This document shows positions 1-9,637 of a DNA stretch of 43,593 nt, in pieces. Below the pieces are notes generated by a model, which had not been told where the DNA came from, made no database searches, and saw only the letters and a list, made by a program, of their open reading frames with translations. Origin of the DNA: Bacteroidaceae bacterium (GTDB taxonomy: Bacteria > Actinomycetota > Coriobacteriia > Coriobacteriales > Eggerthellaceae); contig CAVFYB010000002.1 in assembly GCA_963626845.1 (NCBI GenBank), positions 1 through 43,593 of the forward strand, in the 5' to 3' direction. Every line of letters begins with the position of its first letter. Position 1 is the first letter of the stretch. Position numbers and translations under genes: made by a program.

Positions 1-459
1 GGCGTCACCTGGCTCAAGTTCGACGCCTCCAACATGCCCGCCATGGTTTCCGGCTTCGCGTTCGGCCCCGGCGCCGGCGTAGCCGTAGGCATCGTCACCG
101 CCATCATCCACGGCCTGCTGATGGCCGATTTCACGGGCGCCCTGATGAATGTCCTTACCGTTACCTGCTTCGTGCTTCCCGCAGCATTCGTGTACAAGAA
201 GAAGCGCACCTACCCCGCTGCCATCGGCGGCCTGGTGCTCAGCATCATCGCAGCCACCATCGGCGCCATCGTGGGCAACCTGATCGTCACCCCCATGTGG
301 CTGGGCGTTCCGCTTGATGCGGTTATCGCGATGATCATCCCGATCCTCATCCCCTTCAACCTGATCAAGGGCGGCCTGAACGCGGTGCTCACACTCATCA
401 TCTACAAGGCCATCTCGAACCTCATCACGCCAAAGAAGGAACAGACGAAGGGCCGCTAA
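1..459 (+). CDS. ECF transporter S component (RibU-like), 5'-truncated by window
   Basis: Frame open from base 1 (GVTWLKFDASNMPAMVSGFAFGP...). Hydrophobic multi-TM protein with a PFNLIKG motif, directly upstream of ecfA-ecfA'-ecfT. Confidence 0.85.
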   Translation, partial: GVTWLKFDASNMPAMVSGFAFGPGAGVAVGIVTAIIHGLLMADFTGALMNVLTVTCFVLPAAFVYKKKRTYPAAIGGLVLSIIAATIGAIVGNLIVTPMWLGVPLDAVIAMIIPILIPFNLIKGGLNAVLTLIIYKAISNLITPKKEQTKGR

Positions 460-462
460 ACC

Positions 463-1284
463 GTGATCTCGTTTTCCGACGTATCATTCACGTACACGGG
501 CGACGCCTTCGTCCTCTCCGACCTTAGCCTGACCATCCCCGAGGGCCAGTTCGTTTGTGTCCTGGGAGCCAACGGATCGGGCAAGTCCACGTTCTCGAAG
601 CTAATCAACGCGCTGCTCGTTCCCGACAAGGGCGAGGTTGCCGTAAACGGCATGAAAACCTCCGAGCCGGATAACATCTACGCCATCCGCAGCACCGCTG
701 GCGCCGTGTTCCAAAATCCCGACGACCAAATCGTGGCAAGCCTTATCGAAAACGACGTGGCCTTCGGCCCCGAGAACCTGGGGATAGAGAACCCCGAACT
801 GCGTGAACGTGTTGAAGCCGCGCTTCGCCAGGTTGGGCTCGGCGACCACGGCAAGCGCGAGACCACCGCCCTTTCCGGCGGTCAGAAGCAGCGCGTCGCC
901 ATTGCAGGCGTTCTTGCCATGCACCCAAAGATCCTCATCTTCGACGAGGCTTCTGCCATGCTTGATCCGCGAGGACGCCGCGGGTTGATGCGCGTATGCA
1001 AAAACCTGCATGCCCAGGGCATGACCGTAGTGATGATCACCCACTTCATGGAAGAGGCCGCCGAGGCCGACCGCGTCATCGTGTTGAACGAGGGCCGCTG
1101 CATGCTGGACGGCACCCCCGAAGAGGTGCTCACCCAGGACGAGAAGCTGCGCAGCCTCAACCTGGACGTGCCTTTCTCTACCCAGATGTCGCGCCTGCTG
1201 CAGGACCGCGGCATCCCCGTTGGCACCCACACCGAGATGAACACGCTGGAGGAGGAACTGTGTCGATTGCATTCGAACAGGTAG
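463..1284 (+). CDS. ecfA1: ECF transporter ATPase A
   Basis: Walker A GANGSGKST, FQNPDDQ Q-loop, LSGGQKQR signature, FDEASAMLDP Walker B. Confidence 0.95.
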   Translation: MISFSDVSFTYTGDAFVLSDLSLTIPEGQFVCVLGANGSGKSTFSKLINALLVPDKGEVAVNGMKTSEPDNIYAIRSTAGAVFQNPDDQIVASLIENDVAFGPENLGIENPELRERVEAALRQVGLGDHGKRETTALSGGQKQRVAIAGVLAMHPKILIFDEASAMLDPRGRRGLMRVCKNLHAQGMTVVMITHFMEEAAEADRVIVLNEGRCMLDGTPEEVLTQDEKLRSLNLDVPFSTQMSRLLQDRGIPVGTHTEMNTLEEELCRLHSNR

Positions 1285-2144
1285 GCTTCAGCTACAACCC
1301 GCTAAGCAAACGCCAGAAGAAAGCCGGCGAGCAGCAGCGCTATGCCCTGCGCAATGTGAGCTTCACCCTGAACGAGGGCGAGTTTTTGGCCATCGCCGGC
1401 CATACCGGGTCGGGGAAATCCACCCTGGTGCAGCACCTGAACGGCCTTGCGAACCCCACCGAAGGGCGCGTGCTCTGGAACGGGAACGACCTTTCCGCCA
1501 AAGGCGTGGCCGCCAAGGCCCGCGCGGACATCGGCGTGGTGTTCCAGTACCCCGAGCATCAGCTGTTCGCGGCCAGCGTCTACGAGGACGTCGCTTTCGG
1601 GCCGCGCAACATGGGGCTTTCCGAGGAAGAGGTGGACGCCCGCGTGCGCGAGGCCCTGTCCGACGTGCGCCTGAGCTTCGACGAGATAGGCACCCGTTCG
1701 CCCTTCGAGCTCTCCGGCGGCCAGCAGCGCCGCGTAGCGTTCGCGGGCGTGCTGGCAATGCGCCCCACCACCCTGGTCCTGGACGAGCCGGTTGCCGGGC
1801 TGGACCCCGCCAGCCGCGCCGACTTCCTTGCCCTTATCAAGCGCCTGCACGAGCAGCGCAACCTTACCGTGGTCATGGTGTCGCACAACATGAACGACAT
1901 CGCCGCATTGGCCGACCGTATGATCGTCATGCACGAGGGCGAGATCGCCTTCCTGGGCACGCCGGAGGAGATCTTCACCAAGCACGCCGCAGAGCTGCGC
2001 GAAATCGGCCTGGGCATCCCCCACGCGCAGCGCCTTTCCAACGAGCTGCGCGAACAGGGCATGCCGCTTCCCGTGAAGCTGTACCAGCCCGATACCCTTG
2101 CAGACGAGATCGCCCGCATCCTCAAGGGCGAAGAGGCGCGCTAG
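1260..2144 (+). CDS. ecfA2: ECF transporter ATPase A'
   Basis: GHTGSGKST, FQYPEHQLF, SPFELSGGQQRR. Start reassigned to GTG at 1260 after GGAGGAGG; overlaps the end of ecfA1. Confidence 0.93.
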   Translation: MSIAFEQVGFSYNPLSKRQKKAGEQQRYALRNVSFTLNEGEFLAIAGHTGSGKSTLVQHLNGLANPTEGRVLWNGNDLSAKGVAAKARADIGVVFQYPEHQLFAASVYEDVAFGPRNMGLSEEEVDARVREALSDVRLSFDEIGTRSPFELSGGQQRRVAFAGVLAMRPTTLVLDEPVAGLDPASRADFLALIKRLHEQRNLTVVMVSHNMNDIAALADRMIVMHEGEIAFLGTPEEIFTKHAAELREIGLGIPHAQRLSNELREQGMPLPVKLYQPDTLADEIARILKGEEAR

Positions 2145-2145
2145 C

Positions 2146-2958
2146 ATGAGCATCGACGCGGTGTTCGGCCGCTACATAGCCAAGGATTCCCCGGTACATC
2201 GGATGGACCCGCGGGCGAAGCTGCTGCTCTCCATCCTGTTCATGGTGATGGTGTTCGCCGCAGGCTCGTACGTATCGCTGGGCGTCGCTGCCCTGTTCAC
2301 CGCCGGGATGTTCGCCTTCTCCCACATCTCGTTGCGCCAGGCGTTCGCCTCCATCGCGCCGCTGGCCATCTTGGTGGTATTCACCGCGCTGCTGAACATC
2401 TTCTTCGTCCAAGGCGGGGACATCTACTTCCAGCTGGGTATCATCTGCATCAGCCAACAGGGCCTGCAACAAGCGCTGTTCATAGCCATCCGCCTTACCA
2501 TTCTTCTGCTGGGCGTGAGCCTTCTTACCCTGGCAACCACCACACTCGACCTCACCGACGGCTTCGAGCGCCTGTTGGAGCCGTTTCGGCGCTTCGGGCT
2601 GCCCGCACACGAGCTTTCCATGATGATGGGCATCGCCCTTCGGTTCCTGCCGCAGTTCGCCATTGAGCTGCGAACCATCTACCGCGCCCAGATAAGCCGC
2701 GGCGCCAACTTCAGCACCAGCGCGAAAGGGTCGCTCGCACTGATGACCTCGCTTATCGTGCCGCTGTTCACCAGCGCATTCCGCCACGCCGAAACGCTTT
2801 CGCTGGCCATGGACGCCCGCTGCTACCACGGCGGGGAAAACCGCACCCGCCTGCGAGAGCTGGCCTTCAGCAAGCGCGATGCCCTGGGAGTCACGTACCT
2901 TGTTGCGGGAACCCTAACTGTGCTGGCGTGCGATTTTGCCCTGAAGATGCTCCTGTAG
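2146..2958 (+). CDS. ecfT: ECF transporter transmembrane T component
   Basis: SPVHRMDPRAKLL N-terminus, IALRFLP, AQISRG and AMDARCY motifs. ATG 1 nt after the ecfA2 stop. Confidence 0.93.
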   Translation: MSIDAVFGRYIAKDSPVHRMDPRAKLLLSILFMVMVFAAGSYVSLGVAALFTAGMFAFSHISLRQAFASIAPLAILVVFTALLNIFFVQGGDIYFQLGIICISQQGLQQALFIAIRLTILLLGVSLLTLATTTLDLTDGFERLLEPFRRFGLPAHELSMMMGIALRFLPQFAIELRTIYRAQISRGANFSTSAKGSLALMTSLIVPLFTSAFRHAETLSLAMDARCYHGGENRTRLRELAFSKRDALGVTYLVAGTLTVLACDFALKMLL

Positions 2959-3036
2959 CCCGGCGAGATGGCGCCGACCCGCCGCGCCATCTCGCCGAAC
3001 GACCCCGACCAACCCTTCCCTACCGAAAGGAACCCC

Positions 3037-3441
3037 ATGGACGAGATCTTGGAATACCTCACCTCGGTACCGGCATGGTACCTGGCAACCTGCGAAGGCG
3101 ACCAGCCGCACGTGCGCCCCTTCAGCTTCGCCATGCGCGAAGGCGACACCCTGTGGTTCTGCACCGCCACCAACAAGGACGTGTACCACCAGCTGCAGGC
3201 GAACCCCAAGTTCGAGCTCTCCGCCTGGAAGCCCGGGCGCGGCTGGGTGATCCTTACCGGCGAGGCCGACCTGAACGACACCGCGGGCGACGAGGTGCGC
3301 AAGGCAGGCTACGAGCACATGACCGCGCTCGGCGAAACCTACGAGGACTGGGGCGACCCGCGCCTCACCTTCTTCAGCGTGAAGAACGGCACCGCGCACA
3401 TAGACGACATCGACGGATCGTCCAAGAACATCGAGCTGTAG
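3037..3441 (+). CDS. Pyridoxamine 5'-phosphate oxidase-like (FMN-binding split barrel) protein
   Basis: YLATCEGDQPHVRPF...FCTATNKDVYHQLQANP motif. GAAAGGA RBS before ATG 3037. Confidence 0.85.
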   Translation: MDEILEYLTSVPAWYLATCEGDQPHVRPFSFAMREGDTLWFCTATNKDVYHQLQANPKFELSAWKPGRGWVILTGEADLNDTAGDEVRKAGYEHMTALGETYEDWGDPRLTFFSVKNGTAHIDDIDGSSKNIEL

Positions 3442-3504
3442 GCAAGCCGCTTTAGCGTGGGATGGGCGCCCCAACCCAACCCACCGCACCCCCATGCAAG
3501 CAAG

Positions 3505-3540
3505 AAGGCCCTGGCAGAGCAACCGCTCTGCCAGGGCCTT
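3505..3540. terminator. 16-bp perfect hairpin between convergent genes, probable terminator
   Basis: AAGGCCCTGGCAGAGC-AACC-GCTCTGCCAGGGCCTT; U-tract is short on either strand. Confidence 0.65.
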
Positions 3541-3559
3541 TGCATGCTATTGGTCCACG

Positions 3560-3710
3560 CCAGTCAGCGAGAAGCCACCTGATGAGTGCAGATACCGTGA
3601 AAGCGGGTGCCAGGCGTGCTTCGCACGTCCAGCCCGCTTGGAGCGGTAGCTGTGCCATCAGGTGGCTTCGCAGCGTCGACCGTTTGCGCCGTTCGAAGAA
3701 CGGCGCAACC
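3560..3710 (-). repeat. Structured interspersed element, copy 1 (long rod hairpin plus small hairpin)
   Basis: GAAGCCACCTGATG 3571-3584 pairs with 3656-3669; inner stems TACCG/CGGTA, AAGCGGG/CCCGCTT and CGTGC-TTC-GCACG. Second hairpin TTGCGCCGTTC-GAA-GAACGGCGCAA at 3684-3708. Homologous to 31469-31614. Confidence 0.7.
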
Positions 3711-3717
3711 TACCAAC

Positions 3718-4236
3718 CTACAGCATAGAAACCTGGTCGACGACCTTGCGCGCCGCATCGCGGACGGTGAGCCCATTGATGTCGATGGTGACATCGGCGT
3801 ACTTCTCATACAGCGGCAGGCGCTCTTCGTACAGGTCGGAAAGGCTCATGCCCATGCCGTTCTTCATAACCACGCCGCGCTCGTGCAGGCCGCCCAGGCG
3901 GCTTTCCAGCTCTTCGTAGGAAACCTTCAGGTACACCACGGTGCCGATCTCTGCCAGGTGCTTCATGGCCTCGTCGGAGTACACGGCGGAACCGCCGGTT
4001 GCGATGATGGCATGGCTTGCGGAAAGGGTGCACAGAACCTCGTTCTCCACCTCGATGAAGCCGTCAGGGCCACATGCGTCGATGATCTTCTGCAGGGTCT
4101 TGTCCAGCTTGCTCTGGATAAGCAAGTCGGCATCGATGAACTGGTAGCCCAAGATCTTCGCCAGAACAACGCCCAAGGTAGACTTGCCGGCGCCCGGCAT
4201 GCCGATAAGGATGATGTTCTCCATGGTGTTAGTCAT
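3718..4236 (-). CDS. aroK: Shikimate kinase
   Basis: NIILIGMPGAGKST P-loop, FIDAD, IIATGGS, ERLPLYEKYAD. Confidence 0.93.
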   Translation of the reverse strand: MTNTMENIILIGMPGAGKSTLGVVLAKILGYQFIDADLLIQSKLDKTLQKIIDACGPDGFIEVENEVLCTLSASHAIIATGGSAVYSDEAMKHLAEIGTVVYLKVSYEELESRLGGLHERGVVMKNGMGMSLSDLYEERLPLYEKYADVTIDINGLTVRDAARKVVDQVSML

Positions 4237-5185
4237 GCGGCTGTTCCTCTTTCCATTTGTCGCGTCCTGCAGAGACTATAGCACGTTTGGCTTCGAACCT
4301 TGGGGCCACCACCTCGTTCACCAGAATGGCCGCAAAGATCAGCGCGAAGCCCAGCAAAAGCTGCGCTGTGAGCACTTCCCCGTACAGCAGAACCGAGAAC
4401 AGCACGCCGAACACCGACTCCAAGCTCAGGAACAGCGACGCCTGCGCGGGCGGAATGTAGGCCAGCGCCACGTTCTGGATGCCGAACGCGATAACCGAAG
4501 CGAACACAATGAGGAACGCCATCTGCGCCACCACGGTAAGGCTCACCGCCGATGCCGACGGCAAGGTTTCGAACCCGCACCCTACAGCCATGCCGAACAG
4601 CCCCTCGAACAGGAACTGGAACACGGTAAGCACCAACACATCGTTGCCGACGGAAAGGCGTGAGACGAAGGTGATGTGGATGGCGAACAGCAGCGCGCAC
4701 AGAAGCGTCATCGCCTCGCCGAACCCCATGCTGAAGCCCGCACCGCTTCCGTTGGAGGAAACCAGCCATATGCCGCCCACAGCGATGAACGCCGCCAGGA
4801 CGTTGAAAGCCAGCGGACGCTTATGTGCGATGACCCACCACGCGAAGGGGACGATGACACAGTACGTGGCCGTAAGGAACGCGTTGATGCCCGGCGTGGT
4901 GTACAGCAGCCCGATGGTCTGCGTAAGGAATGCCGTGAAATCGAAGAAGGCCAGCAGCGCACCGTACGCAACGATCTTCAAGGAGATATGCTTGCGCACG
5001 CGCTTCCAGAGCACCGCGAGCAGGATGAGCCCCGCCGTGAAGAAGCGGATGCCCAGAAGCCATGCGGGAGGCAGGCATTCCACCACGTCTTTCATGATGA
5101 CGAAGCTCAGCCCCCAGATGGACGTTGCGAAAACTATGAGCAGCTTGTAGACCCATGTAGGGATGGCCGCAAGCGACAAGGGCAT
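4229..5185 (-). CDS. EamA/DMT family transporter
   Basis: IWGLSF, IRF, SLESVFG motifs; about 10 TM segments. Confidence 0.9.
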   Translation of the reverse strand: MPLSLAAIPTWVYKLLIVFATSIWGLSFVIMKDVVECLPPAWLLGIRFFTAGLILLAVLWKRVRKHISLKIVAYGALLAFFDFTAFLTQTIGLLYTTPGINAFLTATYCVIVPFAWWVIAHKRPLAFNVLAAFIAVGGIWLVSSNGSGAGFSMGFGEAMTLLCALLFAIHITFVSRLSVGNDVLVLTVFQFLFEGLFGMAVGCGFETLPSASAVSLTVVAQMAFLIVFASVIAFGIQNVALAYIPPAQASLFLSLESVFGVLFSVLLYGEVLTAQLLLGFALIFAAILVNEVVAPRFEAKRAIVSAGRDKWKEEQPHD

Positions 5186-7230
5186 CAGCGGGCACCTCCG
5201 CCGCCGCCGAAGCCGCCGCCTCCGCCCATCGAGAATCCGCCGCCGAAGCCGCCGCCACTCGAAGAGTCACCCGAAAGCGCCGACTCAACTGCTTGAAGCG
5301 ATTCGCTAACCGAGCTTTCCAACATAGAGCCGAAGTCGGGCATCTCGGCGTACGACCCGTACCCATAGGGGCTGTACCATACCCACCACGGCACGTAGGT
5401 CGTATCGGCTGCGAGCGAAGAATCCACTTCGAACATCTCGGGCACGGCGCGACGCAATTCCTCAATCGCCTCTTTCGCCACACCGAAGAGGTAGGCGTAC
5501 ACCATAAACTCGCCCCATACCTTCACGTCAGCCGCCGGGCGTTCATCCAGGGATGAGAACTCAGTAAGCCATTTCTTCAACGCCATGCAACGAGCGTAAG
5601 CATCCGCGCCCTTCTGGGTGCGGCGCTCCATGAACCGCGATACCACGAAAAGGGCCGCGCTCGTGATGATGCAGGGAACGATCACCAACGCGCTGTCGAA
5701 CGCAACGCCGATGAAGAGGCCCCCCGCCAACAGGACAACGGCCACTGCGCCCATTCGGTTGCGCTTGGATTTGGAATAGCTCTCGAAGTAATCGGCCGTT
5801 ATCACGTGCGAGGTGACCAAGCCCTGCCAATCGGCCATGGCGTTGTTGAACTGCTCGGGGTGCTCCTTGGCGAAGCTCTTGATGCTGGCAAGCCACAGGG
5901 AAGGCTGTCCCTCGCCCACGGTGTCGAACAGGAAGCTCATCGCCTTGCGGTCCAGCTCGCTGTTCAAGGCAAGCTCCACTTCGGGCACGCGCGTCAGATA
6001 GTAGTCGTCCACCTGCTTCTTGTTGCCCAGGAACCCACCTTTTTCGTACGAACCCCTGTTGATGAGCAAGGCACCGGCATTGGCCAAATGCATGATGGTG
6101 GCGCTGAAATCGAGCGAGCTTTCCTTGTCGAAACGGCACAGGCGCCCGATAACCGCAGGATGCTGCCCCTTCTCAGGTACATCGCGCCAGTACTCGTCTT
6201 TGAAATCGGGCTCGAGCTCCTTGCCGTAGCGGATGAAGCTCCTAATGCCCCATGCCAATAGCGCGATGCACACCACCATGGCGAACACCAAGACACCTAT
6301 CTGCTGCGCGCGCTCGGCATTTGCGCGATCTGCCCAGGTCTGCTCTTCCGAAAGCACACTGTCCAAGCGCGCCGTGGACTCGTGAGCGTTGTCAGCCGTT
6401 GAGCTTACCGCAGAAAGCCACTGGGTGGGAAACACCACGCGGGCCTCAGCGTATGTGCCAGCCTTCACCGAGGGAACCTGGTAGGTCACCGTGCCGTCTT
6501 CGTTGATGGCAACGTTGGCATTCAGCGGGCCATGGCCCCAAGCACGGACGTTGTTGCCGGCAACCACACTTTGCCCAGCAGCGACGGGGAGCTTGAGCGT
6601 CATGGAAACGTCTTCCGAGGTTTCCGCCCAACCGCTGCCGACGAACTGCCAGTAGATCTCGCCCACATCGGAATAGGCCTGAGCGGCCTTTTCCACGGTG
6701 TAGTCCAGCTGCACCACGATGCGGGAATCGGTTTCGTTGAAGAACACGTACACCGTGTCCTTCGGGTCGTCGAAGGAGTACGAGACGTTGCCCGGGCCGC
6801 CCTCGTCGCGCCACTTAACCTGGAACGGCGTGCTCGAAAGTGCCTTCAGAGCGGAGGCGGAATAGTTGCCATCGGCGTCGGTCTGCGCCATGCTCACGCT
6901 GTTCACTTTGAACTCGGCGCCGCTGGGAAGGTTGTTGAACTCCCACCAAACAGCGGTATAGGTGCCATCGAAATCGAACTGGCGCTGCTCCACCACATGC
7001 AGATCACCGTTCTGCTGAACCTCGGCGCTGATGGTGGTTTGCGGCATCGTGAACGATTTCGCGAATGCCTGCTGCGGGGCAAAAACACCGAGGGCAACGA
7101 ATACGACGACTGCCAATGTGAATACGACGGCAGAAAGCCTTGCTCCGACCCCCAGGCCTTGCCGGGGCACACCAGCAGAGCAGGCAGCACCGGCCCCTGC
7201 CCTTTTTTCGAAGATGGAATGGTTTTGCAC
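5185..7230 (-). CDS. DUF2207-like predicted membrane protein
   Basis: N-terminal signal/TM region, RAWGHGPL and EARVVFP motifs, W..F.VYA..FGVA motif, Gly-rich C-terminus GGGFGGGGGAR. Confidence 0.85.
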   Translation of the reverse strand: MQNHSIFEKRAGAGAACSAGVPRQGLGVGARLSAVVFTLAVVVFVALGVFAPQQAFAKSFTMPQTTISAEVQQNGDLHVVEQRQFDFDGTYTAVWWEFNNLPSGAEFKVNSVSMAQTDADGNYSASALKALSSTPFQVKWRDEGGPGNVSYSFDDPKDTVYVFFNETDSRIVVQLDYTVEKAAQAYSDVGEIYWQFVGSGWAETSEDVSMTLKLPVAAGQSVVAGNNVRAWGHGPLNANVAINEDGTVTYQVPSVKAGTYAEARVVFPTQWLSAVSSTADNAHESTARLDSVLSEEQTWADRANAERAQQIGVLVFAMVVCIALLAWGIRSFIRYGKELEPDFKDEYWRDVPEKGQHPAVIGRLCRFDKESSLDFSATIMHLANAGALLINRGSYEKGGFLGNKKQVDDYYLTRVPEVELALNSELDRKAMSFLFDTVGEGQPSLWLASIKSFAKEHPEQFNNAMADWQGLVTSHVITADYFESYSKSKRNRMGAVAVVLLAGGLFIGVAFDSALVIVPCIITSAALFVVSRFMERRTQKGADAYARCMALKKWLTEFSSLDERPAADVKVWGEFMVYAYLFGVAKEAIEELRRAVPEMFEVDSSLAADTTYVPWWVWYSPYGYGSYAEMPDFGSMLESSVSESLQAVESALSGDSSSGGGFGGGFSMGGGGGFGGGGGAR

Positions 7231-7241
7231 TGCTCTTCTCC

Positions 7242-7274
7242 TTGCAAGTTGAGGGTGGGCAGGGTATCATATCA
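7242..7274. promoter_or_regulatory. Overlapping divergent promoters (tRNA-Ser on +, DUF2207 gene on -)
   Basis: + strand: TTGCAA (7242-7247), 17 bp, TATCAT (7265-7270). - strand: extended -10 TGaTATGAT (7274-7266). Confidence 0.6.
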
Positions 7275-7286
7275 ATTCGCATATAC

Positions 7287-7377
7287 GGAGAGCTGACCGA
7301 GAGGCCGAAGGTGCTCGCCTGCTAAGCGAGTATACGCCAAAAGCGTATCTGGGGTTCGAATCCCCAGCTCTCCGCCA
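7287..7377 (+). tRNA. tRNA-Ser(GCT)
   Basis: Acceptor GGAGAGC/GCTCTCC, anticodon arm CTCGC-CT-GCT-AA-GCGAG, long variable arm, GGTTCGAATCC T arm, encoded GCCA end. Confidence 0.97.
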
Positions 7378-7569
7378 GCGAATTAATTGCAAGCATGGTA
7401 ATCATGCTTGCTTTTTTATTTTCTGCATTAAGGGATTCGAACCGATTAGGTGGAATTCCGTTAAGGAAATGTGCCAGTGGCACATTTTTAGGAATTCGCC
7501 CGACCGAGCTTGCGAGGGAGGGGTGATTGCGTGCGCAGCACGCAATCGAATCCCCAGCTCTCCGCCAGC
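7356..7569. mobile_element. Putative 190-bp tRNA-integrated mini-element or island scar (attL/attR-like 24-bp direct repeat)
   Basis: TCGAATCCCCAGCTCTCCGCCAGC at 7356-7379 and 7546-7569; no integrase between the copies. Confidence 0.6.
7389..7417 (+). terminator. Intrinsic terminator after tRNA-Ser
   Basis: GCAAGCATG-GTAAT-CATGCTTGC followed by TTTTTT. Confidence 0.85.
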
Positions 7570-7577
7570 AACTTATC

Positions 7578-7607
7578 AAGTCCGTTCTACGAACGGACTT
7601 TTTCTTA
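7578..7607 (+). terminator. Second intrinsic terminator, after the duplicated tRNA 3' end
   Basis: AAGTCCGTTC-TAC-GAACGGACTT followed by TTTCTT. Confidence 0.75.
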
Positions 7608-7681
7608 TGAGACGACCTGACGCTGAGCGGCTATCTGGCCTCACGCTCAGCATACAAAACCTAATCTCATCCCCAACACAC

Positions 7682-7707
7682 AAAAGGACCCGCCGAAGCG
7701 GGTCCTT
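7682..7707 (-). terminator. atp operon terminator
   Basis: Minus strand AAGGACCCGC-TTCG-GCGGGTCCTTTTG, downstream of atpC. Confidence 0.8.
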
Positions 7708-7759
7708 GGTTTCTGATACGGATCAGGAAACAGAACTTAAAGGTAATCGTGGATGATCC

Positions 7760-8188
7760 TTATACGTACTGGTCTTCCTTTTCCTTGGCAGCAAGCTGAA
7801 CCTTACACCAGCGCAGCTTACGCGTCAGAAGCGAACGGGAGATGATGCTTTCCTCAGGGAGGTTGGCCAACTTCTCCTCGATCTCGGGGATAGCCTTGTT
7901 GAGCTTTTCAACGTTGATGCGCTTGATCTGGCGCGTCTTGTCGCAAGTAACGATGACGCGGTCCTTCAGCACCTGGACATAACCACCCATGATGGCAGCG
8001 GAAAGCGTTTCGCCACCCTCCTGCTGGGTGCGAGCCCAGATGACGCCGTCGCGAAGGGCGCATACGAAGGGCTCATGGTTTTCCATAATGCCCAATTCGC
8101 CTTCCGTGCCCGGCACCATGACGTTATAAAGCTCGCCAGAGAAGAGAACTTTGTCCTTTGCTACAACGTCACACCTGATCACCGACAT
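7760..8188 (-). CDS. atpC: ATP synthase epsilon subunit
   Basis: PGTEGELGIMENHEP motif; last gene of the atp operon. Confidence 0.92.
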   Translation of the reverse strand: MSVIRCDVVAKDKVLFSGELYNVMVPGTEGELGIMENHEPFVCALRDGVIWARTQQEGGETLSAAIMGGYVQVLKDRVIVTCDKTRQIKRINVEKLNKAIPEIEEKLANLPEESIISRSLLTRKLRWCKVQLAAKEKEDQYV

Positions 8189-8191
8189 GGC

Positions 8192-9637
<1,446 letters not shown>

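Noticed and set aside
3571..3645. Hammerhead ribozyme (CTGATGA...GAAA on the + strand)
   Set aside because: Stem II (GTGCAGATACCGT) barely pairs and stem I does not form after the putative cleavage site. CTGATG is instead buried in a 14-bp stem, and copy 2 of the element lacks CTGATGA.
5188..5260. GCCGCCGCC repeats at the end of the DUF2207 gene
   Set aside because: They simply encode the family's normal Gly-rich C-terminal tail.
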